Assembly: GCA_963827655.1 (NCBI GenBank)
Contig: CAWHCF010000020.1
Location: 224,001 to 288,000, forward strand
Reading direction: 5' to 3'
Source: an uncultured Acidobacteriota bacterium
GTDB taxonomy: Bacteria; Acidobacteriota; UBA6911
Length of the DNA stretch: 64,000 bases
Made by a program: the position numbers and the translations under genes. Under the pieces are notes generated by a model that ran no database searches, had not been told where the DNA came from, and worked only from the letters and a program-made list of their open reading frames with translations. Below are positions 42,311-53,965 of the stretch, piece by piece (position 1 is the stretch's first letter; every line of letters begins with the position of its first letter).

Positions 42311-44480
42311 CTAATCGACCCAGCCCAGCAGGTTACGGATAATCGACCAGCGCGGCTCGCGTCTGGCGGCCCGCTTGCCCAGAATCCAGTGTCCGTAGAG
42401 CGCGTCGATGGTGCCGTCTCTGCGTTTCAGCTCGATCCAGGTATTGACGAATTCCAACCACTCGTGATCGCGTCTGGCCACGGGATAGGCTAGCGGTATC
42501 TTGACGATCCCCGGTTCCGGCACGACAACCGTGTATTTCGGGTAAAGCAAAGTCAGCACCGATCCGCGCTCGGCGGGGAGGATTACGGCCTCGAATGTTC
42601 CGTCTTTCAATCCGTCCTCGATTTGCTTGATCGTTTCCACAGTCTGGAGCTTCACTGCCGGCGCGCGCGTTTTTACTCGATTAATGTAATAGGGCGAGTC
42701 TGGAACCGTGACGGGAAACGCGCCGAGCTCCCGGATGGTGGCCCAGCTGGAAAACTTCTCGCGCAGCTGATCCTTCACCACGAAGGCAAGCGTCTCGTCC
42801 AGGTAGGGCTCGGAGAAAAGCATTTCGCTGGCGTTCTCGGGCGTCACCACAACACCCGTCATGGCAAGGTCGAGATGACCCGCTGCCAGCAAACGCGGTA
42901 ACGAGGTCTGATCTTCCATCTCTACAAATTCGACACCGGACGCCGAGGTCGCGGGCGAGCTGTTGAGCCATTTCCACATCGAACCCGACCAACTTGCTAT
43001 CGCGGTTGACGAATGCAAACGGAAGGCGATCAGCCAGGACGCCGATGTGCAGCACGCCGCGTTTCTTGATTGAATCGACGACCGATCCGGCCGGCTTCTC
43101 GACAGCATCACCAAGGTCGACGAGCTTGGTGAGACGTGCCTCCTGATGTGTCATGAGGGGTCGCATGCTGTAGACCAACTCGTCGCCGGCAAACGTCGGC
43201 CTCAACGCGGTATTGAACAGCATTCGCAACCCCCCAATCGTCGCCGCTGATAGCACTACAGTGAGGACAAGATATCGAAGGACGCGCGCCGGGTTGAAGC
43301 GCAACACACCGAGAATGGCAGCGCTGCCAAGCAGCGCAACCGCCACCGTGTAGACCGCCGCGATGAGAGTTCCGAAGTGCGAGTTTACGACGCCGGTTGC
43401 AAGGAACAACTGGAAAGTATCAGCGGGGATGCGAAACAGATCCAACAAAAATGGCAGTGCCACATTCAGGCTGCCGAAGAACGTCAGTAGACCGGTCAGC
43501 GCAAGTCGTGGATATTCCGTCACCGGAACCGCCGCGTCGGCGAACCATCCAGCGAACAGGATGAAGCTGATCGACAATAGCTTGCCGGCGTGGGGAAAAT
43601 TGAAGGACGTGGGTACGATCACGTCGGGGAGCGATTTCGTCTGCTCGTTTACGAGCCGGTGTTGCTCGAGCAGTTCCTTGCATGCCTGGATGAGAATCGG
43701 CAGGACGATGAATAGATCGGCTGCCATGAAGGCGGTGACGAGCGCGTCGTGCGTCCTCGCGAGGACCTCCCTGTAGCCGAACGGGGTGAGCGCCGCGACC
43801 AGTCCGGGCAGTACCCACAACGCGACAAGCAAGGCGACGGCTACGTACGTGATCACATACACCTGGAGCCGGGCGACTTGCTCGATGTTCAACGTCCCCG
43901 CCGTGCTGGCGGCAATGGCGAAGATGCCGTAGGGCGTCAGACCCACGACAAATTTCGTGGCGCTCGACAACGCTTCCTTGGCAACCGCGAAGACGTCGAG
44001 CAGCACATGCTTGCGCTCCACACCAACCAACGCAACACCAATGAAAACGGAGAACAGGACCACGGCCGGCACAATATTGTTGGCCAATGAATGAAACGGA
44101 TTAGAGGGAATAAACAAATCGACAAAGTTAAAAGGCAGGGGCCGCTCAACCAGCGTGGTGCTGAAGAACGTGGCCGTTTCGGTTTCGGGAAATGCCAGAG
44201 GAATGAGGAAGGTAAAAATCAGCGCAAGACACCACAGGCCAAGGACAACCATCCCCGCCCGGAGCCCGAGCGTCTTCAGCTGATCGTAACGCAATGTTCC
44301 CAGACTGCCGATGATGGAGATGGTGATATAGGGGAGCACCATCATCTGGAGTAGCTTGACGAAGCCGTCCGCCACCACCTTGAGCACACCCGCATGTTCG
44401 CCGAAAAAGAGTCCCACGATCACGCCGGAGACTAGCCCAATGAGAATCTTTCTGGAGGTGGTCATCTGCGGCAGGGTCAT
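42311..44480 (-). CDS. DAACS dicarboxylate/amino acid:cation symporter fused to a substrate-binding (SBP_bac_3-like) domain; frameshift near 42935
   Basis: FVKLLQMMVLP, FIPSNPF and SFNFPHAG, then GFDVEMA, FSEPY and FVNTWIELK. Confidence 0.88.
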
Positions 44481-44585
44481 AGACGGTTACGACTCCAGGT
44501 TTTTTCCAGCCTCGATGTCGACCCGGGCTCAGGGAGCTGGATCGGCAAGTGCGGGGAGTGAGGCTCCGAGCTTAACCGATGAAAT

Positions 44586-44775
44586 TCAAAACAGGAACTT
44601 CAATCCAAACTGAATTTCGCGACGCGCTCTAGCCCGGCTGATTCGGCCAAAAGTCGAATCTACATTGGTGTCAGGCTCGGCGAACAAAGGGTGGTTGAAC
44701 AGGTTAAAGAACTCGGGCCGGAATTGGAGCGTAACTCTTTCGGTAATACCAGTGTTCTTCAAAACCGAGAAGAAA
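44586..44775 (-). pseudogene. Remnant of a TonB-dependent receptor C-terminus
   Basis: KNTGITERVTLQFRPEFFNLFNHPLF...REIQFGLKFLF* with no upstream body. Confidence 0.8.
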
Positions 44776-44815
44776 GCAAGAAAGCACCGACTTGGTCTAT
44801 CAACTGGTTTACTGA

Positions 44816-44829
44816 TGAAACATGTTCCA
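44816..44829. promoter_or_regulatory. Operator TGAAACATGTTCCA
   Basis: About 90 bp upstream of the GH172 gene. Confidence 0.7.
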
Positions 44830-44921
44830 CAAACCTCCAGAAACAATAATCAACTAGACCGAGACACCAGAAAAGGCGAAGAGTAATGTATTCTGTACGA
44901 CTCAAGAAGCAGGGGGCAAAA

Positions 44922-46274
44922 ATGACACACCGTCGACTTTCCTTGGTGACCCTGACGCTGCTGGCGCTAGGCGTCAGCTTGTTCGGGACTCAGGCAAAAG
45001 AAGACCTCTACGCGCCCATGAGCGCCTTCGTGCGGCAGTTTGCCGAAATCCATGATGCCCGGACGGCCCGGATATCCAGCTGGGATCAAACCGGGGGGAA
45101 CAAAGACTGTGTGATGGTAGACCCGGGAGAAGACAAAGTGCTGGCAGAAATAAAGGGCCCCGGCAGCATCAGGCACATCTTCGTAGGAACGACGACTCCC
45201 GCAAGAACCTTCTCGAGGGAACTGGTGCTCAGGATGTACTGGGACGGCGAAAAGGAACCGTCGGTCGAGGTGCCGCTAGGAGATTTCTTCCTGACCGGTC
45301 ACGAAGCCTATGTTCGCCACTTGACCAGCACCTTTGTCGTCATTAACCCGGGAACCAGCGGCCTGGGGAGCCATGGCTACAATTCCTATTTCCCCATGCC
45401 CTTTGGCAACGGGGCCAGAATAACCCTGGAGAATCAGACCGACCGGAAGTCGAACCAGTTCTGCTATCAGATCGAGTACGAGTCTTACGATCGACCTCTT
45501 CCGTCAGACGTCGGCCGGTTTCACGCCCAGTGGCGGCGGGAAAACCCCACAAGGTCCACAGTCGCGGCGGGCAACAAGAACAAGGTTCTCTGGGAGGGGA
45601 CGAACACGGATGGCCAATGCAATTACGTCATTCTCGAAGCGGAAGGCAAAGGACATCTGCTCGGATTTCTGCTGAACATCGATAATGCTCAGGAAGGCTG
45701 GTATGGCGAAGGAGATGACATGATCTTCATCGACGGCGAGACCTGGCCTCCTCGTTATCACGGCACCGGAACGGAGGAGATCTTTGGCGGCGGAGCTACC
45801 CCCAACGGTGAATTTGCGGGCCCCCACTCCGGCTTTCACATGACCGAGAATAGAGGCGGGAAGAATTTCGCCGGCAAGGTGTCGTTATTCCGCTGGTATG
45901 TGCACGACCCCGTCCGTTTTCAAAAGTCGATCCGCTGGACCATCGAGCACGGACATGCCAATAACTTCGAGAACGATTATTCCAGCGTGGCCTACTGGTA
46001 TCAACTGGAGCCGCATGCGCCATTCCCTCGCCTCCCTGCTCCCCAGGAACGTCTTTCGCTGATGCCGGAGGAGTATTTCAAGGCCAGAACATTGCTCTTC
46101 AGCACTCAAGATCAGCTCGGAGTACTCGACCGGCTTCCGAGCGAGGTCAAAGAGAGGCTGAGAAACATCCGGCGCGAGGGACATCGACTCTTCCAGGAAG
46201 GACAGTTCGCCCGCGCCCTGGAGAAGTTCGAGTATCACGCCCGGGAGGCGAGAAAGCTGAGCGCCTGGAAATGA
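44922..46274 (+). CDS. DUF2961 / glycoside hydrolase family 172-like protein
   Basis: LRMYWDGE..PSVEVPLGDFF, YFPMPF, WYGEGDD, GTGTEE, IEHGH and SSVAYWYQ motifs. Confidence 0.9.
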   Translation: MTHRRLSLVTLTLLALGVSLFGTQAKEDLYAPMSAFVRQFAEIHDARTARISSWDQTGGNKDCVMVDPGEDKVLAEIKGPGSIRHIFVGTTTPARTFSRELVLRMYWDGEKEPSVEVPLGDFFLTGHEAYVRHLTSTFVVINPGTSGLGSHGYNSYFPMPFGNGARITLENQTDRKSNQFCYQIEYESYDRPLPSDVGRFHAQWRRENPTRSTVAAGNKNKVLWEGTNTDGQCNYVILEAEGKGHLLGFLLNIDNAQEGWYGEGDDMIFIDGETWPPRYHGTGTEEIFGGGATPNGEFAGPHSGFHMTENRGGKNFAGKVSLFRWYVHDPVRFQKSIRWTIEHGHANNFENDYSSVAYWYQLEPHAPFPRLPAPQERLSLMPEEYFKARTLLFSTQDQLGVLDRLPSEVKERLRNIRREGHRLFQEGQFARALEKFEYHAREARKLSAWK

Positions 46275-46310
46275 ATTAGAGCCGTCTGCAATCGTGGTTA
46301 GAGCTGAAAA

Positions 46311-46339
46311 AAATACCACGAAGACTCAAGACACTAAGG
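46311..46339. repeat. Octamer arm
   Basis: aaataccacgaagactcaagacactaagg. Confidence 0.75.
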
Positions 46340-46377
46340 ACTGCCGAAAAGCGAAACAGGCGCGCGGGTGGATTGTC

Positions 46378-46406
46378 TTGACTAGAACATGTTCCCGTGT
46401 TATTCG
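46378..46406 (+). promoter_or_regulatory. Promoter with operator TAGAACATGTTCCC in the -35/-10 spacer
   Basis: TTGACT at 46378; operator at 46383-46396. Confidence 0.7.
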
Positions 46407-46458
46407 GGATGCATCGTTGGCCTTTCGATAACCAACTCTCGAGGCAAAGGAGACCCCC

Positions 46459-49400
46459 ATGAAGAGGCTCGCTCTTTCGCTTCTGGCCTCGCCGCTCATT
46501 GCCGCCACGCTAAGCGCCCAGGATATCAACGGCTCCCTCTTCGGATATCTCGCCGACCCTCGCGGCCTGCCGGTCGCCGGGGGTACCGTTACCCTCAGGA
46601 ACATCAAGACCGACGCCCGCCGGAGTGCCCAAGCCGACGAGCGGGGCGCCTTCGAGTTCCTCTCGGTGACGCCGGGAAGCTATGACCTGGTGGCCGAACA
46701 GTCCGGCTTCAAGAAACTGGTGAGCTCGGGACACGAGATCTCGCCGACCGAGCGTCTTTCGGTGGGAACCTTGACGCTCGAGCTGGGCGAGGTGAACGAA
46801 TCGGTCGTGGTTTCGGGCCGGCTCGAGACGGTCCAGACCGTCAGCTCCGAGCGCGGCCAGAACATCAGCCGCTATCAACTGGAAAACCTGCAGCTCCTGT
46901 CGCGCGATCCGATGGAGCTCGTGGTCCGAATGCCGGGTTTCGCGAGCGGCGAGACTTCCACCTTCGCGGCGCAGGATCCCTCGGCGCTGCGGCTGCTCAC
47001 GGTGGGCGGCCTGAGGGCTACGAACAAGAACTTCACGGTCGACGGCGTCTCGGCCAAGGACTTTCGCACCGGCAATGCGAGCACGGTGGCAATCACGGCC
47101 GACGCGGTCGAAGAGGTGCAGGTTCAGGCGGCGAACTTTCAGGCCGAGTACGGACGCACTTCGGGCCCGTCAATAAACATCATCACGCGGGCCGGCTCAC
47201 AGAACTTCCACGGCTCGGTCTATTATTACCGGCGCCATGAGAAGCTCAACGCCAACGGCTTCTTCAACAACAGAAACGGGGTCGGGAAACAGCCCAACCG
47301 CGAGCAGACTCGCGGTCTGACGATCGGCGGCCCGATCTACATCCCGGGCCTGTTCAACACCGACAAGCGCAAGCTGTTCTTTTTCTTCTCCGAGTCGCAA
47401 GCGCCGGCCACCAACCCGGCGATCACGCATCAGATCACGATGCCGACGCCGCTCGAGCGCCAGGGGGATTTCTCCGAGTCGCTGGACCAGACCGGCCGGC
47501 TGATCGTCATCCGCGACCCGGCCACGGGAGCGGCCTTCCCGGGGAATCGCATCCCGGCCAGCCGCCTGAATCCGCTCGGCATGCAGCTGCTCGATGTGTT
47601 TCCACAGCCCAACGCCACCGACCCTCAGCGGCGATTCAATTTCCAGCAGAGCGGCTTCCGCTTCCGCCGCGACACGCGCGAGGAGGTGGTGCGGGTCGAT
47701 TACCAGATGAGCGATCGCATCGCGTTCAACGGCAGGTACATCCAGGACAAACACGATGCCCTGAGGAACCAGTTCGCGAACTGGTCGCTGATCGACGGCC
47801 GCAATGCGCGGCCGGGGAAGAACGTGTCGCTGGCGAGCACCCAGACCCTCTCGACGACGCTGGTGAACCAGGCGACTTTTGGGTACAGCCGGGCTCACAG
47901 CGACCTGCGGCCCGAGGATCCGGCAGATCTTGCCAAGATCCAGCGCTCAACCTACGGAGTCCAACTCGGGCAGCTCAACCCGCAGAACAACCCCGATGAC
48001 CTGCTCCCTCAGCTCAACTTCGGCGCCACCCTGCCATCCTTGCCCACCATCGATCCGGGACGCGAGCTCGACCTGCAGCAGGGTTTCACGGCGATCGACA
48101 ATGTTTCCAAGGTCTACCGGTCGCACATACTCAAGGCCGGGATCTACTACGAGCGCGCCCTGGAAGATATCACCCAGCCAGGAGGTTTCGGCCGCCTTAA
48201 TTTCGCCGTCAACGCGAACAACCCGAACGAAACCAATCACCCGTTTGCCAACGCCCTGCTGGGCAACTTCAATACCTATATGGAGGAGAGCAGCATCCCG
48301 GGAAGCAGGCTGCGTTTTACCAATCTCGAGTGGTACGTTCAGGACACCTGGCGCGCCAGCCGCACCCTGACACTGGAGTATGGCCTGCGCTTCTACTGGC
48401 ACCCGCCTCAGACCGAGGCCGACGATCAATTGGCCGGCTTCGACAGGTTGAGCTTCGATCCGTCTCGCACCGTCCGGTTGTACGAGCCCTTCCGCGATCC
48501 GCAGCAGGGACTGGTAGGGCGCGACCCGGCCACGGGCGCGCTGGTTCCGAACGCCCTGGTCGGCGCGATCGTCCCGGGGAGCGGCGACGTGGCCAACGGG
48601 ATCGTCACGGTTTCCAGCCGCGATCTGGTCAAAGGGGGATTTGCCGTCGCTCCTCGCTTCGGGTTTGCTTACGACCCTGCCGGCGACGGCAAGACTGCCA
48701 TCCGGGGCGGCTTCGGCATCTTCTACGATCGACTGCCGGACAACTTTTTCCAGCAGCTGGCGGTGAATCCGCCGCTCATCTTTACCCCGACGATCTTTTT
48801 CGGAAGCCTCCCGAGTCTGCCCAGCTCGACTGGAGTCGTCTTCCCGCAGACGATCCGGGGCATCGCCCCCTTCGGCGAGCTTCCGACCGTGATGAACTTC
48901 TCCGTCGGGGTTCAGCGCCGCGTCGCGAACCTGTTCGTCGCCGATTTTGCCTACGTCGGCTCGCTCGGGCGCCACCTCACGGAGACGCGTGACTACAATA
49001 CGACTGCGCCCGGTACGAACTTCCTGCGGGCCAACGAGAATCCGACCGCGCCCAATACACCGCTCGCGCCCGCCTTCCTGCGCCCGTACCGCGGCTACCA
49101 AGGGATCATCGTGACCGATATGGGGAGTAACTCAAATTATCATTCGCTCCAGGCCGGCTTTACCCGCACGTTCGGAAATCGGTTCAACTTCCAGGGAAAC
49201 TGGACCTACTCGAAGGCGATGGATTTTGCCAGCTTCGACGCGACCGGGCGCTCCGTTCTGCTCGACAAGTCGCGCGACTATGCCAAGTCGAGCTTCGACG
49301 TGCTGCACATCCTGCACTTCAACTGGATCTACCAGCTGCCCGGCCTGAGCTCGCACCTGGGCGGCAGCCGGATACTGGCGCACATCTTCGACGATTGGCG

Positions 49401-49887
49401 GCTCACCGGAAACGCTCAGATCCAGGGAGGCGTTCCGCGCGACATTACGCTGACGGCTCCGAACGACTTTACCGGCTCAACCGAGGGGGCGCGGGTAACC
49501 GTCCTTGGCGCGCTGCAGCCCGGCAGCTTCGAGAAAAGCTTCGAGACGTGGTTCGATCCGAACGCCGTCGGCCGGCCCCGGCCGGGACAGTTCGGCGTGA
49601 CCCAGCCCGGGGACGTCGATTACGGCAACGCCCCGCGCGACATCGTGCGCGAGCCGGGCATCAACAATTGGAACATCGCTCTGAGCAAGATCTTTCGTCT
49701 TTACGAGGACCACCGGCTGCAGTTCAGCGGCGAGTTCTACAATTTTCCGAACCACACACAGTTCCGCACGCTCGACCGCGCGGCGCGCTTCAGCGCCGCC
49801 GGGCAGCCGACGAATGCGACGCTGGGGCAGGTGATCACCGCCCGCGACGCGCGCGTGATCCAGCTCGCCCTGCGCTATAATTTTTGA
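46459..49887 (+). CDS. TonB-dependent receptor (Oar-like)
   Basis: 1142 aa; signal peptide; AEYGR, QDTWR, APRFGFAYD; ends IQLALRYNF. Confidence 0.93.
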   Translation: MKRLALSLLASPLIAATLSAQDINGSLFGYLADPRGLPVAGGTVTLRNIKTDARRSAQADERGAFEFLSVTPGSYDLVAEQSGFKKLVSSGHEISPTERLSVGTLTLELGEVNESVVVSGRLETVQTVSSERGQNISRYQLENLQLLSRDPMELVVRMPGFASGETSTFAAQDPSALRLLTVGGLRATNKNFTVDGVSAKDFRTGNASTVAITADAVEEVQVQAANFQAEYGRTSGPSINIITRAGSQNFHGSVYYYRRHEKLNANGFFNNRNGVGKQPNREQTRGLTIGGPIYIPGLFNTDKRKLFFFFSESQAPATNPAITHQITMPTPLERQGDFSESLDQTGRLIVIRDPATGAAFPGNRIPASRLNPLGMQLLDVFPQPNATDPQRRFNFQQSGFRFRRDTREEVVRVDYQMSDRIAFNGRYIQDKHDALRNQFANWSLIDGRNARPGKNVSLASTQTLSTTLVNQATFGYSRAHSDLRPEDPADLAKIQRSTYGVQLGQLNPQNNPDDLLPQLNFGATLPSLPTIDPGRELDLQQGFTAIDNVSKVYRSHILKAGIYYERALEDITQPGGFGRLNFAVNANNPNETNHPFANALLGNFNTYMEESSIPGSRLRFTNLEWYVQDTWRASRTLTLEYGLRFYWHPPQTEADDQLAGFDRLSFDPSRTVRLYEPFRDPQQGLVGRDPATGALVPNALVGAIVPGSGDVANGIVTVSSRDLVKGGFAVAPRFGFAYDPAGDGKTAIRGGFGIFYDRLPDNFFQQLAVNPPLIFTPTIFFGSLPSLPSSTGVVFPQTIRGIAPFGELPTVMNFSVGVQRRVANLFVADFAYVGSLGRHLTETRDYNTTAPGTNFLRANENPTAPNTPLAPAFLRPYRGYQGIIVTDMGSNSNYHSLQAGFTRTFGNRFNFQGNWTYSKAMDFASFDATGRSVLLDKSRDYAKSSFDVLHILHFNWIYQLPGLSSHLGGSRILAHIFDDWRLTGNAQIQGGVPRDITLTAPNDFTGSTEGARVTVLGALQPGSFEKSFETWFDPNAVGRPRPGQFGVTQPGDVDYGNAPRDIVREPGINNWNIALSKIFRLYEDHRLQFSGEFYNFPNHTQFRTLDRAARFSAAGQPTNATLGQVITARDARVIQLALRYNF

Positions 49888-49954
49888 CCACGGAAACTCG
49901 ATGGCCGCGCCCGTGAGAAGATGTGAACTAATTGGGTCTGTGGCGCGGGTCATC

Positions 49955-50048
49955 AGAGGCTTTCGCAAAACGACCCGATCCATGTGCGGACGGGCTATCA
50001 AGCCCGTCCGGCCTCTAATGGCACGAAAGAACGTTTTAACGCTGAATC
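49955..50048. repeat. Partial inverted copy of MITE/REP family A
   Basis: Reverse complement matches 10480-10575, including catgtgcggacgggctatcaagcccgtccggcc. Confidence 0.8.
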
Positions 50049-50216
50049 CTCCCGATCACGTTACTGCGACGGTCGATGACCGGCCTGAGACTCGCCGGCT
50101 GCGCCTTCGGCCCAAGGGACTTCAGCCCGCGTTAACGGGACGCGAGAAAAACTTTCGAAAGGAATAACGCTACTGTCGAATCAAGATTGAATACAAGAGA
50201 AGTTGACCGCGCTTCA

Positions 50217-50230
50217 GGAAACATGTTCCA
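50217..50230. promoter_or_regulatory. Operator GGAAACATGTTCCA
   Basis: Just upstream of a TTGACG -35 (50239) preceding the TBDR at 50529. Confidence 0.7.
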
Positions 50231-50528
50231 AGATTGTATTGACGCCGCGCTCGCGGCATGCTACTAGACTAGCAAACATGAACCAGGCGGTCTTGGTTTT
50301 CGTTCACGGTGGCAGACAGTCGGCCGCGGGTCCTCACGCTCCCTGGCAGAGACCCGCACGATGCTCGCTGCCTCGAGCGCTTGGCTGGCGGTCGAGTCCG
50401 GTCTAAAGCCGGGTCGAATCGGATGAAGCGTTCGCAGGAGCGCGGTTGAGCGCGCAGGCGCGGCATTGAAGCGGGAAGGGCAAATCAAATACTTTTACTT
50501 TGTTGATTCTCTGGAGGCGAACAAGAAA

Positions 50529-53500
50529 ATGCGTAGGACAAAGGCGGCTTTAGCTCTCTTCTTCTTCCTGCTGGGGTGCGGTTGGCTAGCGGCTCAGAGC
50601 ATCTCCGGATCGATCACCGGCACCGTGGTTGATCCCAAGGGCCTGGCGATCCCGGGTGCGACCGTGGTATTGACCAACGTGGGGACCAGCGTCCAGCTCA
50701 CGGCCACATCCAACGAGGAGGGCCGGTTCGAGTTTCTTTCGCTCCTCCCCGGGACCTATGACCTGACGGTGGAGATCACGGGGTTCAAGAAGCTGGTGCG
50801 CGCCGGCAACGTGCTTTCAGCCACCCAGCGTCTGACGACCGGGCCGCTCACGCTCGATCTGGGCGGTGTTCAGGAATCGGTCATGGTATCGGGAAGGGTC
50901 GAGGCCGTACAGACCGTTAGCGGCGAGCGCAGCGGCCTGATCACGCGGCAGCAGCTCGATAACTTGCAGACCTTTGCCCGGGACCCCCTCGAGCTGTGGG
51001 CCAAGCTTCCAGGCATCATCACCGATGGCGCCGGCAACGCCGCCTTCCAGACGCCTCACGCCATCCGAGAAATCAGCGTCATGGGTGGACGCCGCAACAA
51101 CAAGAACGTCACGATCGACGGCCTGTCGGCTATGAACACCGTGACGAACCAGGCCCTGAGCGTCACCCCGAGCATCGACTCGGTGGAGGAGGTCCAGGTC
51201 CTGCTCTCGAACTATCAGGCCGAATATGGCCGCAACGCCGGAGCCGGCATCAACATCATCACCCGCTCCGGAAGCCGCGACTTCCACGGCTCGGTCTCTT
51301 TTTACATGCGTCACGAGAACCTGAACGCGACGAGCTTCTTCGACAATAAATTCGGCCGCGAGAAGCCGCTCAGCCGCACTCAAACCCGGGGTCTGACGAT
51401 CGGCGGCCCGGCCTACATTCCCGGCATGTTCAACGTCGACAAAAAGAAGCTCTTCTTCTTTTTCTCGACCTCGCAACAGCCGTTCAAGCTCCCGCCGCCG
51501 CTACACCAGATCCAGATGCCGACCGACCTGGAGCGTCAGGGCGACTTCTCACAATCCTTCGCCCAGAACGGCGCTCTGATCACGGTGCGCGATCCCCAGA
51601 CCGGACAGCCTTTCCCGGGAAACCGGATTCCCTCGAACCGTCTGGAGCCGCTCGGGGTCCAGCTCCTCAGTATCTTCCCGAAGCCCAATACCAGCGATCC
51701 GCAGCGCCGATGGAACTATCAGCAGAGCGGGCTTCAGTACCGGCAGCCGCGGCGCTCGCGAAGTTATCCGGCTCGATTACAACCTGAGCGACCACTACTC
51801 GCTCATGGGGCGCTACGTCCAGGACAAGAACGACATCATCACGGATTATTTCTCGAACTTCTCGCTGGGCGAAACGCGGCTTTCGCGGCCAGGCAAGAAC
51901 GTGCTGCTGCGCTTCAATCAGGTGCTCTCGCCCAGCCTGGTGAACGAGTCGTCGTTCGGCTACAACCGTGTCCTCACCCAGACGGGACCTGAAGACGATG
52001 CGGCGCTGGCGGCCTTCCAGCGTTCGACCTACGGCATCCAGCTCTCGCAGCTGAACCCGGAAAACAACCCGCAAAACCTGGTGCCGAACATCAACTTCGG
52101 CGCGCCTCTGTCAGGGAATTTGGCGCCCACGTTGAACAACGCCTTCAGCAGCGAGTTCGTGGAGCATTTCACCGTAGGCGACAACCTGTCGAAGAACTTC
52201 ACCAATCACATCTTGAAATTCGGGGTTTATTTCGAGCGCGGCATGACCGACAGCCTGCCGGCTGGGGGCAATGGTGCGCTCACCTTCAACGTGGATGCGA
52301 ACAACCCGAACGATGCGGGCTATCCTTACGCCAACGCCGTTCTGGGAAACTTCAGGACCTACACGGAGCCGACCATCCGGCGCGAAGCCGGCTTCAGCTT
52401 CACTAATCTGGAGTGGTACGCACAGGACAACTGGCGCGTGAACCGGAAGCTCACCTTCGAGTACGGACTGCGCTTCTACTGGCATCCGCCCGAGTTCGAG
52501 AGCGAGGACTTCATGTCGAGCGCTTCCCTCGCGAGCTTCGACCGGTCGAAGGCGGTGCGGCTCTACCTGCCGGCACCCGGCAACGCAGGGCCGTGATCCT
52601 GTGACGGGAGCGACCGTCCCTCGCGCTCTGATCGGCTCGATCGTCCCGGGGAGCGGGGATATAACGAACGGAATCGCGCTGCAGTCCCAGGAAGACCTGG
52701 TCGATGACCGCGGGATTCATCTGGCTCCGCGCTTCGGTTTTGCCTACGACCTGGCCGGCGACGGGAAGACCGCAATCCGTGGCGGATTCGGCATGTTCTA
52801 CGACCGCCTCTCGAACGCGGTTCTTTCGAGACTGGCCCAGAACGCGCCCCTGGTCCTGAACCCGACCGTCTTTAATTCGAATCTCAACGGGCTGCTCGGC
52901 GCTTCGGGCGCGATCTTCCCCGGTGACCTGTTCGGAATCGGCAATGAGGGCCAGCTGGCGACCGCGATGAACTACTCGCTCGGCGTACAGCGTCGCATCG
53001 GCTCGGCTTTCGCCATCGACGTCGCCTACGTCGCGTCGCTGAGCCGCCACCTGGCGGAAGGTCGGGACTACAATACCCTCCCGCCGGCCGCTCGCTTCCT
53101 GCGGGCCAACGAAGATCCGACCGTGCCGAATCGCGCCCTGGCCGATCCTTTCCTTCGGCCCTACCAGGGATACAATCAGATTCTGATGACCGAGATGAGC
53201 GGCAACTCGAACTATCATTCGATGCAGGCCGGCCTCACGCGCCGCTTTGGTGACCGGTTCAACTTCGATGTCAACTACACCTGGGCCCGCGCGCTCAATT
53301 ACACCGCGAACGACGCCGGCCTGCGCTCGGTGCTGCTCCCCGGCGGACGGGACTACGGTCGTGCCGACATCGCAGCCAACCACGTCTTCAACGCGAATTA
53401 CATCTACCAGATCCCGAACCTCAGCCCACATATGGGCGGAAACAAGTTTGTCAAGGCGATCTTCGACGACTGGCGCATCTCGGGTGTCACCCAGTACATG

Positions 53501-53965
53501 AGCGGCTACCCGATGGGGATTGTGCTCAACGCCCCGGGCCAGGACTTTACCGGGTCGAACGAGCTCGCGCGCGTCAACGTCACGGGTCCCGTTAACCTGC
53601 CCAAGGACGAACGAACTTTCTCGCGCCATTTCGACACCAGCGCCATTACGAGGCCGATTCCCGGCGCCTTCGGCGCGACCCTGCCGGCGAACGTCGATTA
53701 TGGCAGCGCTTCCAAGGATGTCTTCAACCAGCCGGGATTTAACATGTGGAACGCGTCAGTGACCAAGGTGATCCGGATCCACGAGAGCCACCGCTTCCAG
53801 ATCAGCGCCGAGTTCTACAATTTGCCGAACCATACTCAGTTCCGGCGCGCCAACAACACGGCTCAGTTCAACGCTGCGGGCGCCCAGACCAATCCGCAGT
53901 TCGGCGAGTACATCAGCGACCTCGGCCCGCGCCAGATCCAGCTCGGGATCCGCTACGACTTCTAA
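50529..53965 (+). CDS. TonB-dependent receptor, paralog of 46459; frameshifts near 51755 and 52590
   Basis: Joins ORFs 50466-51992, 51805-52596 and 52601-53965; ends IQLGIRYDF. Confidence 0.9.

Noticed and set aside
12601-46339. Octamer or heptamer repeats as a CRISPR array or integron attC sites
   Set aside because: No constant repeat-spacer periodicity, no cas or intI gene, and no consistent RYYYAAC/GTTRRRY boxes.
50270-50528. Riboswitch in the long TBDR leader
   Set aside because: I could not identify cobalamin, TPP or other conserved cores; an Rfam scan would be needed.
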